Shown here piece by piece: positions 45,926 to 54,970 of a DNA stretch of 64,000 nt. A program made the position numbers and the translations under genes. The notes beneath the pieces were generated by a model. That model searched no databases. It worked only from the letters and a program-made list of their open reading frames with translations, and was not told the origin of the DNA. Source of the DNA: an uncultured Candidatus Saccharibacteria bacterium (GTDB lineage: Bacteria > Patescibacteriota > Minisyncoccia > Phycocordibacterales > UBA1550); the NCBI GenBank assembly GCA_964457625.1, contig CAYWES010000001.1:17725-81724 (forward strand). The letters are read 5' to 3'. Within the stretch, counting starts at the first letter, position 1, and every line of letters starts with the position of its first letter.

Positions 45926-48829
45926 ATGAAAGCATACGACCACAAGGATCTTGAGGGAAAATGGCAAAAAATCTGGGAGGAGACGGGAGTGTATCGCACG
46001 GATGATTCTTCTGAAAAACCAAAACAATTTATTCTCGATATGTTCCCGTATCCATCAGGAGAGGGTCTTCATGTGGGGCATCCTAAGGGATATATTGCGA
46101 CTGACATCTATGCACGCATGAAGCGTATGAGCGGGTTTAATGTACTCCATCCCATGGGGTGGGATGCGTTTGGTCTCCCCGCGGAACAGTTTGCGATTAA
46201 GCACAAAGTACATCCTCGTGTGGCGGTAGAAAAAAATGTTGCTCGCTACAAAGAGCAACTCTCTGTTATTGGTCTTGATTATGATTGGGCACGCGAGATA
46301 AATACGACAGATCCTGCCTTTTATAAGTGGACGCAGTGGATTTTTTTGAAACTGTTGGAAAAAGGTCTTGCCTATGAGTCATATGAACCGATTAACTGGT
46401 GCCCCACGTGTCAAACGGGTCTTGCTAACGAAGATCTTGATGGAGGGAAGTGTGAGCGATGTGATACTCCCGTCGAGAAAAAGCCCATGCGACAATGGGT
46501 ACTCAAAATTACGGAGTACGCAGACCGCATGCTCAAAGACCTTGATCTCCTTAATTGGCCGGACTCTATCAAGGAAGCCCAACGAAATTGGATTGGGAGG
46601 AGTGAAGGAGCGGAAATAGATTTCAATTTGGTATTCAAATTGCATCCAAAACATAACGATTGGCGCGACCCAAAAGACGAAAAACCTGCGCATATTACGG
46701 TATTCACCACGCGTCCCGATACGCTTTTTGGTGCGACATATCTGGTGCTTGCCCCTGAACATCCTTGGGTAGAGGCTTTGTGGAATACCGAACACGACGA
46801 CAGTGTGGGTAACAAAAGTGAAATAGAGGCATATGTGAAGCATGCCAGGGAAAAGACCGATATAGAACGTGCTGACGCGACGAAAGAAAAAACGGGTGTA
46901 AACGTTGAAGGAGTTGTTGCTCTTAATCCCGTGACGAAAGAAGAGATTCCAATATTTGTTGCGGATTATGTGCTTGGAGGGTACGGTACGGGTGCGGTGA
47001 TGGCTGTCCCGGCACATGACGAGCGAGACTTTCTTTTTGCTCAGAAATTTAGCCTGCCTTTCAGGGAGGTTGTCGTGCCTCATAGGGTTGATTATAAAAA
47101 TCCCCCCGTATCAGAAAAAGAAGTTGTTACACGAAAGAATATTCATGGTCTCGTGCGTAATCCAAAAACAGGCAAGATACTTTGTCTCAAGTGGAAAGAA
47201 CATCCTTGGACAACCCTTGTGGTGGGAGGAGTAGAGGATGGTGAGGATATTATTGAAGCGGCGCGGAGAGAAATTCTAGAAGAGACGGGATATGCACACC
47301 TCAGTGAGGGTCGCATCTTGGGAGGAGAAGTACGTGCCGACTACTTTGCAGCACACAAAGATCAAAATAGAATCGCGTACACTAGTCTTGTTGCATTTGA
47401 TCTTCTTGATGAAGAACAGCAAGACATCTCAGCGGACGAACAGAGTAAACATGAAGTCGTTTGGCTTGATGAGAAGGACGTCACAGTGGAATTGATGACC
47501 CACGCAGAAATGGACATCTGGCTTGAAAGAATGAATGGCGCGACGGGGGCATACACTCATTCAGGTGTTCTTGTGCATTCCGCACAATTTAATGGCAAAA
47601 GTTCTGAAGAGGCAAAAAAAGAGATTACAGAGTTCGCAGGTGGTCGTTGGGTGACAAAGTATCGTCTCAAGGAGTGGGTGTTTTCACGTCAGCGCTACTG
47701 GGGTGAGCCTATCCCGGTTATTCATTGTCCGAAGGATGGTGTTGTTCCCGTTCCCGAGAAGGAACTTCCCGTGCTCCTACCTGATGTGACTTCGTACGAA
47801 CCCACAGGAACGGGGGAGTCACCTCTTGCGGCGATTTCAGATTGGGTCAACACGACATGTCCGCAATGTGGTGGTCCGGGCACGCGCGAGACCAATACGA
47901 TGCCTCAGTGGGCGGGATCATCGTGGTATTACCTTCGTTTCATTGACCCAGAAAATAATGAGGCACTCATTGATCCGAAAAAAGAACATATATGGGATCC
48001 AGTTGACCTTTATGTGGGAGGCGATCATGCGGTGCGCCATCTTATCTACGCGCGTTTTTGGCATAAGTTTTTGTTTGACATAGATGTAGTCCACACTCTT
48101 GAGCCGTTTATGAGACTTGAGTTTCTCGGTTTTATTCTTGCTGAAGATGGTCGTAAAATGAGCAAGCGATGGGGAAATGTCATTAATCCCGATGATGTGG
48201 TAAAAACCTATGGTGCTGACACGCTCCGTCTCTATGAAATGTTCATGGGACCCTTTGAGCAAACTATCGCCTGGAATACCGAGAGTATCATTGGACCACG
48301 AAGGTTCCTTGAGCGTGTATGGCGTTTACGAGAGAATGTTTCATCTTCGGTAAAAGATACCGAAACTCTCGAGACGATTCTTCATAAAACAATCAAAAAA
48401 GTAACGGATGATATTGAAGGGTTTGCCTTTAATACCGCGATTTCTTCGCTCATGGTGCTTTCGAATGAAATGGAGCGTGCCAAAGAATTTTCTCCCCAAG
48501 CCTACGAGACATTCCTGAAACTCCTTGCCCCCTTCGCTCCTCATATTACCGAAGAACTTTGGCATGAATTGGGGCACGAGGACTCAATCCACCTTTCTTC
48601 ATGGCCTACCTACGATCCTCAAAAATGCATCGCTACAGAGGTAACAATTGCCATTCAGATAAATGGGAAGGTCCGCGACACTCTTGTTGTGGCGGCAGAT
48701 ATATCCGAAGACGAAGTTCTCCGTATTGCCCTTGAGCGCCCTCTTGTGTCCAAATGGATGGAAGGGAAGAAGCCCGCAAAAACGATCTTTGTTCCCGGGA
48801 AACTTCTCAGTATTGTCTTAGAAAAATAA
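45926..48829 (+). CDS. leuS: leucyl-tRNA synthetase carrying an inserted Nudix-hydrolase-like domain
   Basis: HIGH (HVGHPKGY), Zn motif CPTCQT..CERC, editing-domain block TTRPDTLFGATYLVLAPEHP...GTGAVMAVPAHDERDF, KMSKS (KMSKRWGN). An inserted block of about 150 aa contains the canonical Nudix box GGVEDGEDIIEAARREILEETGY. Confidence 0.9.
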   Translation: MKAYDHKDLEGKWQKIWEETGVYRTDDSSEKPKQFILDMFPYPSGEGLHVGHPKGYIATDIYARMKRMSGFNVLHPMGWDAFGLPAEQFAIKHKVHPRVAVEKNVARYKEQLSVIGLDYDWAREINTTDPAFYKWTQWIFLKLLEKGLAYESYEPINWCPTCQTGLANEDLDGGKCERCDTPVEKKPMRQWVLKITEYADRMLKDLDLLNWPDSIKEAQRNWIGRSEGAEIDFNLVFKLHPKHNDWRDPKDEKPAHITVFTTRPDTLFGATYLVLAPEHPWVEALWNTEHDDSVGNKSEIEAYVKHAREKTDIERADATKEKTGVNVEGVVALNPVTKEEIPIFVADYVLGGYGTGAVMAVPAHDERDFLFAQKFSLPFREVVVPHRVDYKNPPVSEKEVVTRKNIHGLVRNPKTGKILCLKWKEHPWTTLVVGGVEDGEDIIEAARREILEETGYAHLSEGRILGGEVRADYFAAHKDQNRIAYTSLVAFDLLDEEQQDISADEQSKHEVVWLDEKDVTVELMTHAEMDIWLERMNGATGAYTHSGVLVHSAQFNGKSSEEAKKEITEFAGGRWVTKYRLKEWVFSRQRYWGEPIPVIHCPKDGVVPVPEKELPVLLPDVTSYEPTGTGESPLAAISDWVNTTCPQCGGPGTRETNTMPQWAGSSWYYLRFIDPENNEALIDPKKEHIWDPVDLYVGGDHAVRHLIYARFWHKFLFDIDVVHTLEPFMRLEFLGFILAEDGRKMSKRWGNVINPDDVVKTYGADTLRLYEMFMGPFEQTIAWNTESIIGPRRFLERVWRLRENVSSSVKDTETLETILHKTIKKVTDDIEGFAFNTAISSLMVLSNEMERAKEFSPQAYETFLKLLAPFAPHITEELWHELGHEDSIHLSSWPTYDPQKCIATEVTIAIQINGKVRDTLVVAADISEDEVLRIALERPLVSKWMEGKKPAKTIFVPGKLLSIVLEK

Positions 48830-48964
48830 GCTTTTATTTCAAGAGATTTTTGGTCTTTTGAGGTATACTACGAAACCCTTGACGCTTTAATTCTTTAATG
48901 CTAGTATGTCTTCATATAAAGGTTCTGGGTTCTCATCATTATATTAGATTATCCAAAAATAAGT

Positions 48965-49996
48965 ATGTCAGCACTTACGTTTAAACCAAAGCAGTCTGTC
49001 AAACGCTTGCTTTCGGTATTGTCTCCCCGCGCGCTTGACGTCATTACCAAGCGATATGGCTTGAAGGATGATACCAACCGTATGACCCTTGAAGGAATCG
49101 GTGCCACCTATGATATTACACGCGAGCGCGTGCGCCAGATAGAAAATTTTGCATTGGCCACCATTAAAAAGTCAGATGTCTTTAAAAAAGAGTCTGCCGT
49201 ATTCAAAGAGCTTCACGATGTCATCGTTTCCATGGGGGGTGTCGTTTGTGAAGAGGATTTTCTCATGCACCTATCCCGTGATGAGAGTACTCAGAACCAT
49301 CTTTATTTTCTTCTTGTTCTTGGAGAGGAGTTTAAACGCGAAAAAGGAGACGAACATTTTAAACATCGTTGGATCGTCGATGACAAAACATCAATGCGTG
49401 TACATGATGCGCTCCGCAAACTTTTCGAATCTCTTTCCCACGAAGATCTCGTTCCCGAAGGAGAGATGGTTGAGTTGTTTATCAACCACTTGAAGGAAGT
49501 TGCCGATGGGTACAAGAATGAGGAAATCGTGAAGCGTTGGTTGTCCCTTTCAAAGACAATTGGGAAAAATCCACTTGGTGAATGGGGCATGTCTCGCTCA
49601 CACAATGTAAACGCGCGCGGTATGAGGGACTATGCATATCTCGTGATTAAAAAACACGGTTCCCCGATGCACTTTACAGAGGTTACCAAAGCAATTACAC
49701 AGACCTTCAACAAGAAGGCTCACGTTGCCACCTGTCACAACGAACTCATCAAGGATAGCCGTTTTGTGCTCGTGGGGCGAGGTCTCTACGCACTCTCCTC
49801 ATGGGGGTATGAACGAGGAGTAGTTAAGGACGTGATTGCAAAGATTCTCAAAGAAGAAGGCCCTCTCACCAAAAAAGAAATCATTGACCGCGTCCTCAAA
49901 GAACGATACGTCAAAGAAAATACCGTGTTTGTAAATCTTCAAGACACAAAACTCTTTAAGAAATCAAAAGACAACAAATACTCACTTGCCTCATAA
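48965..49996 (+). CDS. two-HTH protein: N-terminal sigma-70 region-4-like HTH plus C-terminal HARE-HTH-like domain
   Basis: N-terminus LSPRALDVITKRYGL..TLEGIGATYDITRERVRQIENFAL (sigma r4). C-terminal part MHFTEVTKAI...DSRFVLVGRGLYALSSWGY resembles the HARE-HTH (RNA pol delta N-terminal-like) signature. Confidence 0.6.
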   Translation: MSALTFKPKQSVKRLLSVLSPRALDVITKRYGLKDDTNRMTLEGIGATYDITRERVRQIENFALATIKKSDVFKKESAVFKELHDVIVSMGGVVCEEDFLMHLSRDESTQNHLYFLLVLGEEFKREKGDEHFKHRWIVDDKTSMRVHDALRKLFESLSHEDLVPEGEMVELFINHLKEVADGYKNEEIVKRWLSLSKTIGKNPLGEWGMSRSHNVNARGMRDYAYLVIKKHGSPMHFTEVTKAITQTFNKKAHVATCHNELIKDSRFVLVGRGLYALSSWGYERGVVKDVIAKILKEEGPLTKKEIIDRVLKERYVKENTVFVNLQDTKLFKKSKDNKYSLAS

Positions 49997-50067
49997 GGGT
50001 ACATAAAAGCGCGGAAATTCCTTCCGCGCTTTTGTAGTTTTGCGCTTCTTCTTGTACAATAGAGTTC

Positions 50068-51369
50068 ATGGAATTTCTAGAGCACATAGGGCTCATCGAT
50101 CTCTATACGGGGGTCATTGGGTACCTCATTATTTTTATTAAGTGGGCGCCATTTTGGGTGCCCCTGGTACTCCTTGCGTATCTTTGGGGGTTGTGGATGC
50201 ATTATGTCCAGGCGAAGTGGCAGACTGAGGTGAAGTGGATCATGCTTGAGTTGAAGCTTCCCAAAGAGACTCATAAAGGTCCTCTTGCCATGGAGCTTGT
50301 GTTGAATGCGCTCTATCAGACAGGTTCGGGTATCTGGTATGACAAAAAAGTAAAAGGACGCGTCAAGGATAGATTTTCCCTAGAGATGGTTTCTCTGGAA
50401 GGTCAAGTAAAATTTTTTATTCGTACACCCGCCGTACACAAAAATGTAATTGAGGCTCAGCTCTATGCGCAATATCCTGACATAGAGATTTTTGAAGTTC
50501 CCGATTACACGCGCTATGTCGACTACCGAGGAAGAGAAGGAGACTGGTCGTGTGTCGGTATGGATTTTGGCCTCGGAAAGGAAGATGCCTATCCTATAAA
50601 AACGTACATCGATTATGGTCTCGATAAAGAAGGTGTCGACGAGGAATACAAAATTGACCCCCTAAGCTCTGTTATTGAGTATCTTGGATCAGTAGGAAAG
50701 GGCGAGCAAGTCTGGATTCAGATTATTGTACAGGCCGCCACGAAGGCTCACCACTATCCGCACAAAAAGGATGGGTCAATGGGGGACTGGAAGAGTGAGG
50801 GAGAAGCGTTGGTCGACAAACTTACTCAGCGCAAAGAAGAACGCGATGAAGAAGGGAAGGGCGGTCCGCGCACACAGCATATGACAAAGGGTGAGCAAGA
50901 AATTGTCGCTGCCATTGAGCGCAATATCAGCAAGTTTGGTTTTGAGTGCGGGGTCCGAGCGCTCTATGTTTGCAAACGTGATCGTTTTAATCCTTCAAAT
51001 CTCAAGGCAATCGGAGGGCTTTGGCGCGGGTTTAGTACCGCAAATCTAAATGAGTTTAAGTCTACCATTCAGACCTTCGGTGTTGATGCATGGTGGCAAG
51101 ATTATAAAGATGTTCGTATCACGAGCTATCGCAAAGCACAGTTTGAGGCATTCAAGCGTCGGGAGTTTTCATTTGAAGATCAGGTGAGATGGGTTGCAAA
51201 CATCCCCTCTGCCTCGCCAATGGTGATTACGCCGTTCAAACACCCTTTTGTATTGAGCTCTGAAGAGCTTGCAACGATATTCCATCTACCGGGAGGAGTG
51301 GTACAGACGCCAACGTTTGGCCGTCTCTCTTCACGCAAGAGCGAAGCTCCTACCAACTTGCCAATCTAA
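50068..51369 (+). CDS. hypothetical protein with N-terminal TM segment (433 aa)
   Basis: Long ORF with coherent codon usage; no recognisable motif; the ATG lies 7 nt after a TACAAT box. Confidence 0.55.
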   Translation: MEFLEHIGLIDLYTGVIGYLIIFIKWAPFWVPLVLLAYLWGLWMHYVQAKWQTEVKWIMLELKLPKETHKGPLAMELVLNALYQTGSGIWYDKKVKGRVKDRFSLEMVSLEGQVKFFIRTPAVHKNVIEAQLYAQYPDIEIFEVPDYTRYVDYRGREGDWSCVGMDFGLGKEDAYPIKTYIDYGLDKEGVDEEYKIDPLSSVIEYLGSVGKGEQVWIQIIVQAATKAHHYPHKKDGSMGDWKSEGEALVDKLTQRKEERDEEGKGGPRTQHMTKGEQEIVAAIERNISKFGFECGVRALYVCKRDRFNPSNLKAIGGLWRGFSTANLNEFKSTIQTFGVDAWWQDYKDVRITSYRKAQFEAFKRREFSFEDQVRWVANIPSASPMVITPFKHPFVLSSEELATIFHLPGGVVQTPTFGRLSSRKSEAPTNLPI

Positions 51370-51376
51370 TTCAATT

Positions 51377-52399
51377 ATGGAAGAGCTATCCCCTGAATTT
51401 AATAATCCTACAAAGCGGAGCTCGCCATTGTTTGAGTTTTTGGGTATTAAAACACGCATGATGAAAGGGGCATTTTTTGTGGCAGTGGGACTCATTGGTA
51501 TATGTGCATTCTTTTCGTATCTCTTGATAACCCCGCGTCATTTCCCCGAAGGAGAAATGATTATCATTGCAGAGGGTCTCTCTTTGGGTGAAGTGTCTCA
51601 TCTTCTGAAAGAAAAGAAGGTTATTCGTTCCCGCATGCTTTTCGAGGCGTGTATTCTTGGGACGACAGGGGATCGTCATGTCCGCGCGGGGACGTATTTA
51701 CTCACGGAGCCCGAGTCAGTGTGTCGTATCGCCGACCGTATTGCCAGGGGGACGACAGGTCTTTCGGCAATCCGTTTTACCATCCCCGAAGGGTTTACGA
51801 ATCGCGAAATCGCACATACCGCACTCCGCCTCTTAAGAAACTTTGACGAACAGCGTTTTCTTGAAGAAGCAAAGATGTATGAGGGGTTTTTGTTCCCCGA
51901 TACATATTTTTTATCTCCTGACGCCAGTGATGTGAATGTTATTGAAACACTCAGCAAAGAATTTGATAAGAAAATAGAGCCGTTTCTCGAGCGTATTGAG
52001 CGCTCCGCCCACTCTCTTCGCGAGATTGTGATTATGGCGTCTATCCTTGAAAAGGAAGCGCAAACAATCGAAGACCAAAGAATGGTCTCAGGAATTCTTT
52101 GGAAGAGGATTGAAATAAATATGCCACTTCAAGTCGATGCCTCGTTCTTGTACCTGTGGGGCAAGGCTTCTCATGAACTCACACAGGAGGATCTCCGCTT
52201 CGACTCTCTCTACAATACGTACGTTTATCGTGGGCTTCCTCCGGGACCTATTGGCAATCCAGGGCTTAGCGCCATTGAGGCAGCATTAACTCCTGTATCC
52301 TCTCCATATCTTTACTACTTGCACGACAGCAAAGGGGATATTCACTATGCAAGAACATTTGACGAACATAGACAAAACAAAGAAAGACATTTGCGTTGA
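51377..52399 (+). CDS. mltG: endolytic murein transglycosylase MltG (YceG-like)
   Basis: N-terminal TM; family motif LFPDTYF; ATG at 51377. Confidence 0.8.
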   Translation: MEELSPEFNNPTKRSSPLFEFLGIKTRMMKGAFFVAVGLIGICAFFSYLLITPRHFPEGEMIIIAEGLSLGEVSHLLKEKKVIRSRMLFEACILGTTGDRHVRAGTYLLTEPESVCRIADRIARGTTGLSAIRFTIPEGFTNREIAHTALRLLRNFDEQRFLEEAKMYEGFLFPDTYFLSPDASDVNVIETLSKEFDKKIEPFLERIERSAHSLREIVIMASILEKEAQTIEDQRMVSGILWKRIEINMPLQVDASFLYLWGKASHELTQEDLRFDSLYNTYVYRGLPPGPIGNPGLSAIEAALTPVSSPYLYYLHDSKGDIHYARTFDEHRQNKERHLR

Positions 52400-52434
52400 C
52401 GCCCAACACCTTTCCTGCTATACCCTCAGTATCT

Positions 52435-53505
52435 ATGACCGCAACGTCTAAAGGTAGGGTCTATGTCGGCATGTCAGGGGGAGTTGATAGCTCCGTCACC
52501 GCGGCGCTCCTCAAAGAGCAGGGCTACGAAGTCATCGGCGTATTTATGAAGGTGTGGCAACCTGATTTTTTGCCGTGCACATGGGAGGAGGAACGTCTTG
52601 ATGCTATCCGCGTGGCAGCTCATTTGGGTGTTCCTCTCAAAACATGGGATTTTGAAAAGGAATATAGAGAGGAGGTTTTTGAATACATGATTCGTGAGTA
52701 CAAGGCAGGCAGAACACCAAATCCTGATGTCATGTGTAATCGGGAAATAAAATTCGGTGTATTTTTTCGTCGTGCGATGGAGGAGGGTGCTGATGTTGTC
52801 GCGACGGGGCATTACGCGCAGTGTGTGTACAATGAGCACACAGACAAACACGAGCTCCACAAGGGCAATGATCTCGCGAAAGATCAGTCATACTTTCTCT
52901 GGACACTCGGTGAGAAGGAGCTTTCGCGCACACTGTTTCCTGTGGGTGGATTTCAAAAAACAAAGGTACGCAAACTCGCAAAGAAATTTAAGATTCCCGT
53001 TGCGGATAAGAAAGACAGCCAAGGGCTTTGCTTCGTGGGCAAGCTCAATATGAAAGATTTTCTCGCGCACTATATTCCCGAAAAGGAAGGCGAGGTGATC
53101 ACGGAGGAAGGCGAGGTGATCGGTACTCATCGAGGAGTAGCGTTTTATACCTTGGGAGAACGAAGAGGTTTCCTCATTACGAAGAAAACTCCCGAGGAAC
53201 TCCCGTACTATATCGTCGCGAAGGACCTCAAGCGGAATACGCTCACTGTGGCGCACAAAAAGAAAGAAGAAAACACGAGTGAGTATATTACTATCAGCGA
53301 CTGCCTCTTTCGTCGCCCTCCGGAAACGGATAAAGAGTACACCGCACAAGTTCGGTATCATGGAGAACTTTTGTCCTCTCGCGTTGAGTGCCTGGAGGGG
53401 AATCGCGCTCGGGTAATCTTTAGCCATCCGGTAGTGGTTGACCAAGGTCAGTCCATCGTATTATATGAAGGCACTGAGTGTATTGGCGGAGGGGTGCGAG
53501 AATGA
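52435..53505 (+). CDS. mnmA: tRNA-specific 2-thiouridylase
   Basis: PP-loop VGMSGGVDSSV; the ORF-track start is TTG, ATG at 52435. Confidence 0.9.
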   Translation: MTATSKGRVYVGMSGGVDSSVTAALLKEQGYEVIGVFMKVWQPDFLPCTWEEERLDAIRVAAHLGVPLKTWDFEKEYREEVFEYMIREYKAGRTPNPDVMCNREIKFGVFFRRAMEEGADVVATGHYAQCVYNEHTDKHELHKGNDLAKDQSYFLWTLGEKELSRTLFPVGGFQKTKVRKLAKKFKIPVADKKDSQGLCFVGKLNMKDFLAHYIPEKEGEVITEEGEVIGTHRGVAFYTLGERRGFLITKKTPEELPYYIVAKDLKRNTLTVAHKKKEENTSEYITISDCLFRRPPETDKEYTAQVRYHGELLSSRVECLEGNRARVIFSHPVVVDQGQSIVLYEGTECIGGGVRE

Positions 53506-53556
53506 CATTGGGCAGGTTTTGTTTTTCCTCAAAATATGGGATTATAGAGAGACACT

Positions 53557-54417
53557 ATGGTACAAAAAGATTCTCAAAATATTCCCTGGGTTATAAAGAC
53601 ATCGGGTGTCCGTGAGCAGTTTTCTGTAGCCAAGCTCCGTCGCTCACTTGAACGCTCGGGAGCAGACGAAGCGACTGTTCAGCAAATTCTTGACCATATT
53701 CTCCCGGAAGTTACTGATGGTACGAGGACCTCGCTCATTTACAAACACGCATTCGCATTACTCAAAAAGAATCTGTATCCTGCGGCAGTCCGATATAGTC
53801 TCCGCAAGGCGGTTATGGAACTCGGTCCGAGTGGGTTTCCTTTTGAAATCTATGTCTCAGAAGTTCTCCGCCGCAAAGGGTACACTGCCGAGACAGGCGT
53901 GGTGCTTCCGGGGTTCTGTGTCCTTCATGAGGTTGATATTTACCTCCGAAAAAATGACAAACATATTTTTGCCGAGTGTAAATTTCACAATCAGCAAGGG
54001 ATTAAGGTTGATATAAAAGTGGCACTCTATATTCACGCTCGATTCCTTGATCTTAAAAAAGGTCATGAATCAAAAGAGCAATCGGGAACACGGGATATCC
54101 ACGAAGGGTGGCTCATTACTAACACAAAGATGAGTGCGGATGCGATTCAATATGCAAATTGCGTGGGACTCCGCCTCCTTGCGTGGGATTATCCCGAGAA
54201 AGGAAATCTCCAAGATCTTATTTTAGAGACGGGTGTGCATCCTTTGACGTTCCTTTCTTCGCTTTCATCGCGTAACAAAACAGATCTCCTCGCCAAGGGG
54301 ATCGTTATGTGTCGAGAGCTCAAAGAGAATGAGCAAGCCCTTCGTGATATTGGATTTTCCGAAGGAAAGATAAAAGGCGTCCTCCGTGAGGCAGATCGCG
54401 TATGCCAAGAGTTTTAA
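53557..54417 (+). CDS. ATP-cone domain fused to a PD-(D/E)xK restriction-endonuclease-like (Mrr_cat-type) domain
   Basis: N-terminus VIKTSGVREQFSVAKLRRSLERSGAD.. (ATP-cone). Central FEIYVSEVLRRKGY...LHEVDIYL...AECKF (E..D..ExK nuclease core). Confidence 0.6.
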   Translation: MVQKDSQNIPWVIKTSGVREQFSVAKLRRSLERSGADEATVQQILDHILPEVTDGTRTSLIYKHAFALLKKNLYPAAVRYSLRKAVMELGPSGFPFEIYVSEVLRRKGYTAETGVVLPGFCVLHEVDIYLRKNDKHIFAECKFHNQQGIKVDIKVALYIHARFLDLKKGHESKEQSGTRDIHEGWLITNTKMSADAIQYANCVGLRLLAWDYPEKGNLQDLILETGVHPLTFLSSLSSRNKTDLLAKGIVMCRELKENEQALRDIGFSEGKIKGVLREADRVCQEF

Positions 54418-54446
54418 TATTCACAATCGTGTGCTATAATTAAGAG

Positions 54447-54935
54447 ATGGAACACCTCCTTGCGCTCATCGCTATTCCCGAAGTGGAAATGTTTCTCAAG
54501 CTTTTTACCGCTCTCTTTTTGGGCATGTCTCTTGGGCTAGAACGTGCATTAGCCCAAAAAACAGCCGGCATGCGTACCTACGGGCTTGTCTCAATGGGTG
54601 CGGCACTATTTATTATTATTGCGGTTACTGCATTGAAGCATTTTGATGAGTTTACCGCGCTTCACCAGTCTATCCGTATGGCCGCTCAGATTGTGACAGG
54701 TATCGGGTTTATCGGAGCAGGTCTCATATTCTTTAAGGGGGAAACAGTAAGCGGGGTGACTACTGCCGCAGGTATTTGGGTTGCTGCTGGGATAGGTATG
54801 GCTGTCGGGTACGGACTTTTTGGGTTGGCACTCATGGCGACACTTTTGGTACTTATGGCATTTACACTCTTTTGGTTTGCAGAGGAGCGCATCAGAGACA
54901 CCTTTCTCCATCGAGATCATCACGACACAGCCTAG
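54447..54935 (+). CDS. mgtC: MgtC/SapB family membrane protein
   Basis: Family signature LALIAIPE...GLERALAQKTAGMRTYGLVSMGAALF; ATG 7 nt after TGcTATAAT. Confidence 0.8.
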   Translation: MEHLLALIAIPEVEMFLKLFTALFLGMSLGLERALAQKTAGMRTYGLVSMGAALFIIIAVTALKHFDEFTALHQSIRMAAQIVTGIGFIGAGLIFFKGETVSGVTTAAGIWVAAGIGMAVGYGLFGLALMATLLVLMAFTLFWFAEERIRDTFLHRDHHDTA

Positions 54936-54970
54936 GCGACTCTAACGCTTAACGGGCACTCTCAGCAGGT

